A stretch of 62,217 nucleotides of DNA from Chiloscyllium plagiosum (Eukaryota), in assembly GCF_004010195.1 (NCBI RefSeq), contig NC_057710.1, forward strand, positions 90,664,171 to 90,726,387. The letters run 5' to 3'. Of this stretch, positions 52,861 through 62,217 are shown piece by piece. Made by a program: the position numbers and the translations under genes. The number at the start of each line of letters is the position of its first letter. Positions within the stretch are counted from its first letter, which is position 1. A model generated the notes under the pieces. The model was given only the letters and a program-made list of their open reading frames with translations, had not been told where the DNA came from and did not search any database.

Positions 52861-53055
52861 TTGTCATATACTTTAGTTGTTCGATTGTTTATTTGTTTGT
52901 CAAACTTGTAGCGACGGTAATCTTCAATTCCATCTTTAATTGCAATAATTGCAAGAACCACTACTAATGGCAACATGGTTATCTCCTTCTGAAATGCTTC
53001 CACTAAGGGGACCCAATTGAGAACAACAATGAATAGGAAGTAAAGATTTGCAATC
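52861..53055 (-). CDS. ATP10D: ATP10D coding exon for TM1-TM2 (IANLYFLFIVVLNWVPLVEAFQKEITMLPLVVVLAIIAIKDGIEDYRRYKFDKQINNRTTKVYD)
   Basis: 195 nt, TTCAG| acceptor, AA|GTAAGT donor, phase 2-2. LNWVPLVEAFQKEITMLPL is typical of ATP10D. Confidence 0.97.
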
Positions 53056-53702
53056 CTGAAGAACACAGAAAATGAAAATGAAATTAATAATTGAAAACGC
53101 ACAAGAAAATAATTCTCTCTCTCAAATAGTTTATTTAAGCATTCAGTGGTGATTAAAATGGCATTAGAGAGTTAGGAGACTATTTCTTTGCAGCTTTTGA
53201 GAGAATAAAATGTTTTGAGAGAATAAAATGTTCGATATTTAAAAAAAATACTTTGGCTATTAAAATGTATTACGTTAAAAACAGCTCATGCTGCTGTGGA
53301 TTAACCAAAACTTGTGAAAATAAATGCATCCAATACCAGACATATTCTCAACACAAATACAGCAGATTTGAAATTAAAGAACCAAACTGCTTGTGACATA
53401 CCATTTACTCCTAAAATATTAATCAATATATGTAGAATATCTACATCATGTTAAATGCCATACATTAGTGCCAAAATGTCAGCTTCCTTAACAAGTGATC
53501 CCTGGTAGCAAATTCAAACAGCAAGACTTCAAAAATACCAGACATGCTCCAAGGAGACTGTATGGATGGGTTCAAACACAAATCCCAGTGTTCTAACTGG
53601 ATAGGTGGGAGGAGGAGGAGAATGAGAGAACGTAGCTTTCTGGAGAGATTAGGACTTTTTTATCCTGCTATGTTTCCAAGCTGGTTTTATTTTCAAGTAG
53701 CA

Positions 53703-54053
53703 ATAGAGTCATAGAGATGTACAGCATGGAAACAGACCCTTCGGTCCAACCCGTCCATGCTGACCAGATATCCCAACCCAGCACCTGGCCCACATCCCTC
53801 CAAACCCTTCCTATTCATATATCCATCCAAATGCCTCTTAAATGTTGCAATTGTACCAGCCTCCACCACTTCCTCTGGCAGCTCATTCCATACATGTACC
53901 ATCCTCTGCGTGAAAAAGTTGCCCCTTCGGTCTTTTTTTATATCTTTCCCTTCTCACCCTAAACCTATGCCCTCTAGTTCTGGACTCCCCGATCCCAGGG
54001 AAAAGACTTTGTCTATTTATCCTATCCATGCCCCTCAATTTTGTAAATCTCTA
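53703..54053 (-). mobile_element. CR1 LINE 3' end
   Basis: VWNELPEEVVEAGTIATFKRHLDGYM translation and a conserved 3' terminus. Confidence 0.92.
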
Positions 54054-55945
54054 TAGTAAATGCTTTACAATATAGTAAATGCCATTTCATGCTTCCCTCA
54101 TAATCCACTAGCTGTTGGCCGGAAAGCAATATTGCAGTTCCTGGGAGTCCGAAATAAAAATTGAAAATGTTAGAAATGCTCAGTACATCAGGTTGCAACT
54201 GTGAAGAGAACAACAAAATAAGTATTTCAGGTGTAGGACGCACATCTTTTTCAAATGCACATATTTTTTGAGAGATAAAAACATTACTGTACCTGCAAAT
54301 AACATTCCTTACATTGTAAAATGTGTTTCCTAGAGTACTAAACTGCACTGTGATAGACAAGATTTAAAAGCACTTGGGTCAGTAAGGATGCACAGTCAGT
54401 GTGAAGGGGTTTTGCCATCAGTGAGGATGAATTCAAGTGAATATATTTGGGAATTTAGTGTATGGAGGAAAGAGGTGCTTTAAGTAAAGTTTACTGCAAC
54501 TAGTAAAATCAGCTGAGTGGAGTGTTCAGTGACGGGCATGGAAGATGTGATTTTTATCTTCTCCCTTTTTTAAGCCTCCAACACTTGATTTCCATTTTTG
54601 TGCAGCAAAAGCAGCACAAAATCAGTAATAATTACTATTAGAAACCATAGGTTTTTATAAGCAATGTATTGTTTTGTCAGTATTGTAAAGTTTGTTGGCA
54701 GTACTTAAATGTATTGGGAGGTGAAGGCTGTTCTAATTATAAATTAAGTAGCAATTATTAATTAATTAACACATTTTAAAGATGGCAGGGCAGGTGATGT
54801 GCAGTGATTACAGAATATGCGAATTTCTGGATACCAGTGAGAGCCAGGGCCAACATGTCTGCTTTTGGTATTCTCGTCTGCAGAAACTTCAGTTCAGAAT
54901 GGAGTTGAAGGCAGAGCTGCAGACACCGCAACAAATCATAGACATGAAAATTACTTAGACACCTTATTCTTTGAGCCAGTCAGACTCCTTAGGAAAGGGT
55001 CTTCTGATTTTATCATTGCCTAAGCCTTTTACCTTTCGTCCTTGTACTCCACACTGACTGCCAATGTCGCCTGTCAGGCAACTTGAATTTAAAATTCTCA
55101 TCCTTGCTTTCACATCTTTCCTTATGCTCCTACAGCCTCTCAATCTTCTGAAATTTGCATTCTTCTAATTTTGGCCTCTTGAATGTTTTGATTTCAAGTG
55201 TTCTACCATCGGTGGCCATGTTCTTAGTTGCTTAGGACCCCAAACTCTGACATTCCCTCCTTATAATTCTCCACTATGTTACCTCACTTTTCTCCTTTAA
55301 GACATTCTTCCTTAAATTCTGTCTCTTTTAGATCAGACCATCTGATTTAATCTCTCCTATATAGTTTGATGTCATATTTTGCTTTTTAAGGATCTGGAAA
55401 CTTTATTACATCAAAAAATTTCTTCAGGTTGATGTATGGGTTAAAACAACCCAGGCTGTGCATCAGATCCTAAAACCTTACTTCAAAATTCAGAAAGATC
55501 AATTTGAGATATCTTATAACGACTAATACAATCTGTCAAATTCCATGGATTTTCTGGCTCCAAACCTTCCGATTAGCAGTCCAGGAAACCAACAGAACTC
55601 TTACAATTCTAAAGGATTCAACTTGGTGCTTGCAAGGCCCAAGTAATGAAGAGCAACAGTCCAGCGGGATCAGCAGTCCAGCACAATTATTGCTAATAGC
55701 TCCAAGGTGGAACATTCCCCATCCTTGTGCCAAGATATAGTGTTTCCCAAAACAGGTATGTGCCTGGAACAATGTAATATAAATACAAATTAGACTGATT
55801 GATATTCAGCCTTCAGAACTTTGTGATTCTGTTTGCACCCTGTATTCAAAATTAACATGAAAAATAATAATTGTAACCGAGGTGTCCTCCTACCTAACTT
55901 GGTAACTTACGATTGTTAAGTGATCTTCCAATTAACAGACCATAC

Positions 55946-56223
55946 CTGTGAAACTGTTCAAATAAATTCCTTGGAATAAAGTTCAGCAAGGTATATTTGG
56001 TTGTTTGAATCTTATTAGTCATATAATTCTTGAAAACCTTTTCATATTCTTCAGTAAATCCACCAAGACAAGGAATTACTAATCGATGTTTGCATCCAGT
56101 TTTCTGTGGTTGGGAAGTTTTGAACCACCCTGGGAATAGTGATACAGCGTATCTATTACTGCTTCCATGTGTCAAAAGCAATCTCTGCCATCTGTAGCGT
56201 GCCCATTGGATGGGGCGTGCCAT
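55946..56223 (-). CDS. ATP10D: ATP10D first coding exon (canonical N-terminus MARPIQWARYRWQRLL...TTKYTLLNFIPRNLFEQFHR); exon probably extends to 56280 as 5'UTR
   Basis: Matches the ATP10D N-terminal signature (QWARYxWxRL, HRxVxP, EYEK, TTKYTLLNFxPRNLFEQFHR). Donor AG|GTATG at 55946/55945, phase 2. Acceptor TTTTTTTTCTAG| ends at 56281. Confidence 0.95.
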
Positions 56224-56428
56224 CTTCTTAAGTCCTCACAAGCAGATATACTTGGGTGTTCTGGATCAACCAGCATTCAACTAGAAAAAAAATGAACAAG
56301 AATAAAATCTACATCGAATTTTTATCACCAAAGTTAGAAATTTTACAAGAGTTGAACTATTTTTCCTGTAAAATAAATAATTTTTCAACTGTTCTTTAAT
56401 ATTTTAATAATTAAGCCCTTCTTCGGGA

Positions 56429-56464
56429 AATCCTGAAGAAGGGCTTATGCCCGAAACGTCGATT
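56429..56464 (+). ncRNA. Minimal type I hammerhead ribozyme motif (PLE-derived; element ~56412-56559)
   Basis: AATC-CTGAAGA-A-GGGC-TTAT-GCCC-GAAA-CGTC-GATT. Complete core, 4-bp stems I and II, GUC triplet, predicted cut after 56460. Activity not demonstrated. Confidence 0.75.
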
Positions 56465-56844
56465 CTCCTGCTCCTTTGATGCTGCCTGATCTGCTGCGCT
56501 TTTCCAGCAACACATTTTTAAGCTCTGATCTCCAGCATCTGCAGTCCTCACTTTCTCCTATTTTAAAAATTGAAACAAACTTAATTATTAAGTATGCCTA
56601 ATGATTGAAGCTGATATTAAAAATAAATCATCACAGTTGGCACAGGATGTTACCATATTATATCCTACATTTATGTCAAACAACACAGTATATTCAGATG
56701 CTACTCCTTCTTAAAAAAGGCTTCAATGTGTTTCGTTGTTAAACTGAATTACTAAGGGCATGGCACCCCCTAGTGGATTTGCAAATTATTTCAACACCCG
56801 AGCTCAGCAAACACAAAATTCTTAACCGTTTATCATTTACTCAC

Positions 56845-57224
56845 AGAATCATAGAGATGTACAGCATGGAAACGCAGCCTTCGGTCCAACATGTCCACGC
56901 CGACCAGATATCCCAACCCAATCTAGTCCCACCTGCCAGCACCCGGCCCGTAGTCCTCCAAAACCTTCCTATTCATATACCCATCCAAATGCCTCTTAAA
57001 TGTTGCAATTATACCAGCCTCCACCACATCCTCTGACAGTTCATTCCATACACGTACCACCCTCTGCGTGAAAAAGTTGCCCCTTAGGTCTCTTTTATAT
57101 CTTTCCCCTCTCACCCTATACCTATGCCCTTTAGTTCTGGACTCCCCTACCCCAGGGAAAAGACTTTGTCTATTTACCCTATCCATGCCCCTCATAATTT
57201 TGTAAACCTCTATAAGGTCACCCC
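56845..57224 (-). mobile_element. Young CR1 LINE 3' end
   Basis: Uninterrupted GDLIEVYKIMRGMDRV...FFTQRVVRVWNEL...FKRHLDGYM. Confidence 0.93.
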
Positions 57225-57856
57225 AAAATGTAGAGAAACACACCAGGTCTCTCAATCTAAAGAGGGTGATCTGTCTCTTCTCAATCTATCTCCATATCTT
57301 TTGACGTTTGCCTCTTTTTTAATTGCCTAGCACTCTTTAAATTGAATTTATGCTATTCTCCTCAACAATTCTCTCCAGGTAAATATTGTATACACCCTGG
57401 ATAAATGAGTTTGTCCTTAATTTACTATTGGAGTTATTTGCAGCTATTTGATACTTATTACCCCTTTTTTAAAAATTATTTCCAAAACAACTTGCTCAAA
57501 GATGTTATGACACTCGTCTGGAACAGCTGGGACTTGAACCCTGGCCTCCTGCACCACAAGAGCTCTCTAAAACAACCTGTTCAGATGTGTTATTACACAC
57601 CCCAGCTTATGAACAGATAGGATTTGAAGCCAGGTATTCAGGCACAGAAATAATGGCATTACCAGTACGCCACAAGGCACTAGCTGTTTTGGAAAGCAGG
57701 AAGAAAAATTTATTAGCATTTTAAACAAACATACAATTTAAAAGGTAAGGCAGAAACACAAACAGAAGATAACAAAAGGAGATTGTGTATTAATCCTCTG
57801 GAGATACAGAAGTCATGCAACATCAGCATAGTTCATTTTAGACATTCCAGTGTTCC

Positions 57857-58052
57857 GGTGATGCATGTATGGCATGAGCTGCCAGAGGAAGTGGTGAAGG
57901 CTGGTACAATAGCAAGATTTAAAAGGCATATGGATGGGTACATGAATAGGAAGAGTTTAGAAGGATATGGGCCAAATTCTGGCAAACGGGACTGGATTAT
58001 TTTAGGCTATCTAGTCAGCAAGGACAATTTGGACCGAAGGGTCTGTTTCATG
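57857..58052 (+). mobile_element. CR1 LINE 3' end
   Basis: VWHELPEEVVKAGTIARFKRHMDGYM. Confidence 0.88.
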
Positions 58053-58229
58053 CTCATGAATCATAAAATGTTATTAATTTGGTAATTAATTTGGCAATCA
58101 GATTTTTTTTATTTCAAGGGCGATGGAGTATAATAATAGGCCTGTTATGTTAAAACTGTTCAGGGTATTGGGGAGATTGCAGTTGGAATACTTGGTGAAG
58201 TTTGGTCACTTTTCTGAGGAAGGGATATA

Positions 58230-58886
58230 CAGCAAACCTTAGTTTAACCGGCATTCTATGAACTAACACTCTCGATAATTTTGCAAAGATTATATTGCAT
58301 ATGTCATTAATGCGAATTCACTGTATTGCGATTGACGAACTGGGGATATTGTTTCTAAAGCATAAACTTTTAAAACACTAACGTGATTACATAGCCAATA
58401 ATGAAGTGCTGTTTCCAAAGTGTGATTTTTCTATAATGCAGTATTACGTAAGAACACAACCATTGCATTATACAAGATGGTACCTCAACTAGCCGAAAGA
58501 TTACTGTATTATTCTGTCCAATTATTATAGATTAAAAATTTATTTACCTCAGTGTAAACATATTTGTTGCTCAATTGAATGGCCAGACAAAATACCAACA
58601 GTTGATACAATTTTGAATTAATTTCTCCTCAAATACAGTTAACTATTACATTGTCTGAGTAGCCAGTTAACGGTATGAGTTTTATTGAAAGCAAAGTTGC
58701 ATTATTATTTAAGTGGCTTATGCTGTAAATAAAATAAAACAGTGATGTATATACCGCCTGCATTACATTTAAGTGACTTAGTATGTGTTTCTACATTGAT
58801 TATATGGACCTCTTGATTATTTGGAATATTTGATCAATCAGCAAACTCCTGGTCCCCTTTGTGCTAGATAATAAAAAGTTTACAGT
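58230..58886. mobile_element. Tigger-like DNA transposon remnant inserted in an old + strand CR1 (~58110-59350)
   Basis: Ends TA-CAGCAAACCTT / AAAGTTTACAG-TA. CR1 flanks rejoin as GGAAGGGATA..TTTGCATTGGA. Confidence 0.6.
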
Positions 58887-60174
58887 ATTTGCATTGGAAG
58901 TAGTTCAGAGAAGCTTCATCACATGGTGAAAGGGTTGCCTTATGAAGGAAGTTTGGACCTATACTCACTGGAGTTTAGTAGAATGAGAGGTGAGCTTATT
59001 GCAATAGTTAAGGTTCTGATGGGGTTTAACAAGATAGATGCTGAGAGGATGTTTCCTCTTCTGGGGGCTTTTAGGACAAAGAGGCATAATTTCAAAATAA
59101 GGAACCTCTATTTTAAGAAAGAGAGAAATGAAGAGGAATTTCTTCCTTCAGAGAAATTCTCTCTTATAGAGAGCAGTGGAAGCTGTGTCAATGAAATTAT
59201 TCAAAGCCAAGTTTTTTTTTATATCAAGGAGAGTTAAAGGCAATAATGACAGATAGAAAGGTGAAGTTAAGGTCGCAATAGGATCAGGTATGATCTTATG
59301 AAATGGTTGAGCAGCCTTCAGTGGCTGAACTGTCTATTCCTATACTATTCCTAATTATATGCAAATAGATCAAGTAAAGGAATTGACTAATATTATCTAA
59401 TGGGAAATATAAATTGCAAATGGAATGCCAATTTTACAGTTCAAGCATAACTAGGATTTTTCAAAATTGAGTGGTTCCCTGTAAATTTCATCAGGGAAGT
59501 AAACTTAATATCCTCATTCACAAACAGATATTCTTACCGTTTAGGGGTGTATTTGAAATGGCAAAATAATTATAACTCAAATGGATTGACAAAACAAGGC
59601 TTGAATTATTAATGTATAATTTATCTAAAAAAATCCAAAGGATGCGATGATTTTAATAAGTGTTTTTCTTCTGGGGAAAAAATACCATTGACCATTTTAT
59701 AAGAAATAACAGTTTAAGGAGAAGTATCTTGTTACATCAGTTGTATAAAATGAACTATTAAATAACAGAATATAATGATAAAGAGTTGCAGTGACTCCCA
59801 AACTATCTGAAAAATCTAATAAAAATAAGCCTGTGTTTAATGAAGAAAAATAGTTGAGTTTTGGAATTAGCAAATGCTACATGCAGATCAGTGAGAGGCT
59901 AGAACAGTGTGCTAACATCTTAATGATCACAGTGAGCCATCAATCTTCTTAAAAACATAAACGTTCTTGCATAGGGTGTAATCATACGTTCAGACGTTGG
60001 AGTTATCTTTTTGAACAATCAGGTATGTTTGACAATGCTCGTGACAAAGTTACTTGCTCAACTCAATCTAATTGAAAAGAGAGTGCACAATGAACAGGCT
60101 CAGTGCCAGAATATTAAATCTTTTCACAACATGATGGAAGGACCCAGAACGTCGCCTCTGCCAAAAACTGCCCG

Positions 60175-60905
60175 AGGCTGAAACACCAAGGAGGAAGCAC
60201 GCTGAAGCAGACCCAGAACGTTGTCTCTGCCAAAGCTGTCTCATCACCACCTATATAGCCATAGCCTGGAGACTGTCTCAACTCTCAAGGATTTCTGAAG
60301 ACGTCGGAAACCTCAACTTCCGAGAACCAACTGACCATCTAAATTAACTCCCGACAACTGAAAGGTCCTTCACTTTGCCACATGTGCAGACGTCTCCAAG
60401 ATATCAAAAAGAACGGACCCCAATTAATCGACGCTGGAACAGTTTCTTAAATCGCAACTGCCACAAGGAATGTACAAGACCTGCCACTAAACAGCTTCCC
60501 GCAACCTCTCCCTGCCACCGCAGAGAGAAGAAAACAAATTCAAAAGTTAAATGAAGAAAATATAAAATGGATATAGTTGGTCATGCGAGAGAGAGTCAAC
60601 AGGGCCAGAAACACCACCTAACCTGCCTCCAAATTGGGGTCTATGCTTTTCCCCTGATGTTTTGGTGGTTTCTGCCAAGGCAGCAGAGCAAACCATCTCT
60701 CGGTTCTTGGGAGTTAGTTTAGATGGTCTTCTGGTCTCAGAAATTGAGATGAGCCGTGGTCCTCGAGAGTTGGGTCAGTCTCCTGGCTGTGGTAGCTGCT
60801 GGAGTATTGGCGATGAGGTGGTTTTGGCAGAGACAATATTTTGGGTCCAGTCAGCAGCAGCTGGGATTGCTTCAGCATGCTTCCTTCTTGGTTTTGCATC
60901 GTCGG
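60175..60905. repeat. Diverged inverted repeat, ~190-bp arms (~60175-60360 and ~60700-60905)
   Basis: ACCAAGGAGGAAGCACGCTGAAGCA..TCTCTGCCAAA..GACCATCTAAATTAACTCCC versus the reverse complement of the right arm. Confidence 0.8.
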
Positions 60906-61709
60906 GATGGCTTAGTGGCTGTGGAGTGTGGGGGATTCCCACAGACACTGAGGAAATCAAGAAGCTGTGTATGGAACAAAAATGTAATTTGTCCTAATGT
61001 TGTAAAATGTATTTCTTTTTATAATTTACTTAACTAAAATGGCACCGGCTTAGGGCAACTTATGTATATTTTGTTGTATTATCATAAATACATGTAATAA
61101 TAAATGAGTATGATTCTTACTATTACAAATGAAAAAAACACTTATGTAAAAGGAGCATATCTGGTCACACTACTAATGGATTAAATTATTCGTATTTTAT
61201 TTTACAAACTTTTTCAAAATATAAAACATATGGTTTTCGTACCAAAATGAGCTAATTCTATGCTGAAAGCACCCACTTAACTGCAAACAATAATGGGTAG
61301 TGGCTGAAGGTGAAATATCACAGCACACCAAAGAATTAATTTCAATTCACAGCTTCAGCTTTCTTCTAGCCATCTGCTTCATAAATTAGCAGCAATAAAA
61401 GAAATTTCATCTCTCTCAGAGAACTGTTAACCTATGCACCCCTACATGTGCTGTCACATATTACAGCCTTGAAGTCAGTGACTAAAGATGGCAATTACTG
61501 GCTAAATAATCCCCAAACGTTGGGGTAGGAGGCAGTGGTGGGGATGAAATGGAAGAATGAAAGGGTCATCTGATATGTTGTTGGTCAGTTGTGCTGTTTC
61601 ATCTCACAGGCCTTGATTCAAATCCTCCTGGAACCACACCTATGAAATATGGAATCTATTTAATTTGGCTGACCATAACCTCGCTAACTCTTAATGGCTG
61701 CATAGGGCA

Positions 61710-61935
61710 AATTGGTTAATAACATGAGGTTCTGTGGCAGTGAGCATAAATTTAAGATGGTTTGTTGTTTTCCTTGTGCTAGGATTAAGGGCATCTCTAA
61801 ACATTTCAAGCATATTGTTAAAGGTGAGATTGAGAAATCAGAAATTATTGTGCACATTGGTAGAATGACATTGTTAGGGAAAAAGATTAAAGCAGTACAG
61901 TGTGAATTTAAGAGGTTAGCTAGAAGATTAAAAAA
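61710..61935 (+). mobile_element. CR1 ORF1 (SGNH esterase-like) fragment
   Basis: MVCCFPCARIK...KGE...EIIVHIG...EFKRLARRLK. Confidence 0.75.
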
Positions 61936-61944
61936 TATAAAAGT

Positions 61945-62217
61945 GGGGGGATCCAAGATGGCGGCGACCCAGTAAGACTGAGTCTATAGTGCTCCTCCCA
62001 AGACTTGGGCACAGTGGGTCACCTACCCCCTACCAAGCTCACCAAATCATTTATAAATCATTTATAATAGTTTAGTAACTCAATTAATTGTGTAATATTA
62101 CATTTAAGCAACTTTATCCTAAGTTAAAATGACTAAAGGGAAGGGAGCCTGCAGCTCTCAGCAAGCAGGAACCCCTCCCCCACACTCTACAGCTGCAGCA
62201 GAGGCGTCCACAGCCAC
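61945..62217 (+). mobile_element. Probable 5' end of an L1-clade LINE (5'UTR and ORF1 start at 62129)
   Basis: GGGGGGATCCAAGATGGCGGCG start (YY1 motif) after A-rich TTAAAAAATATAAAAGT. ~185-nt UTR, then MTKGKGACSSQQAG.. open to the window edge. Confidence 0.65.

Noticed and set aside
53195-53230. 18-bp tandem duplication TTTTGAGAGAATAAAATG
   Set aside because: Two copies only; ordinary slippage.
19-61975. Most ORF-track entries as host proteins (e.g. 5061-5357, 22929-23267, 46174-46791, 49357-50121)
   Set aside because: They lie in SINE, CR1, PLE or Gypsy copies, or are antisense shadows of real exons.
56281-62217. Non-coding first exon/promoter of ATP10D
   Set aside because: An upstream exon is implied by the acceptor at 56281, but no CpG island or convincing donor could be identified. 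It is probably outside the window.
1-62217. CRISPR array or prokaryotic operon/defence system
   Set aside because: Intron-exon vertebrate DNA; no regularly spaced repeats or gene-dense ORFs.

Overview
Vertebrate genomic DNA, almost certainly a cartilaginous fish (shark). This is inferred from HE1-type tRNA-derived SINEs, abundant CR1/HER1-type LINEs and Penelope-like elements (PLEs). The window holds the 5' half of a P4-ATPase lipid flippase gene, ATP10D, on the minus strand: nine coding exons between 56223 and 1160. All are GT-AG bounded and in phase, giving 539 codons with TM1-4, the DGET motif and the DKTGT phosphorylation site. The main surprise lies in the 30.9-kb intron after the TM1-TM2 exon: an intact 350-nt coding exon (40484-40135) that encodes a second, ATP10A-like N-terminus plus TM1-TM2. 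It has a phase-compatible donor for the shared exon at 21972. The locus can therefore plausibly make two flippases with different lipid-entry-gate halves on one catalytic body. The introns also carry more than a dozen PLE-derived minimal hammerhead ribozyme motifs from several families. Some are ~100-bp insertions with TSDs, and the best-preserved ones are antisense to the host gene. Other content includes multi-layer nested retroelements, a Gypsy remnant, MITEs and the intact 5' end of a probable L1. Exon coordinates were read base by base. Most repeat boundaries are approximate. Homology statements are from recall of family sequences, not from database searches.
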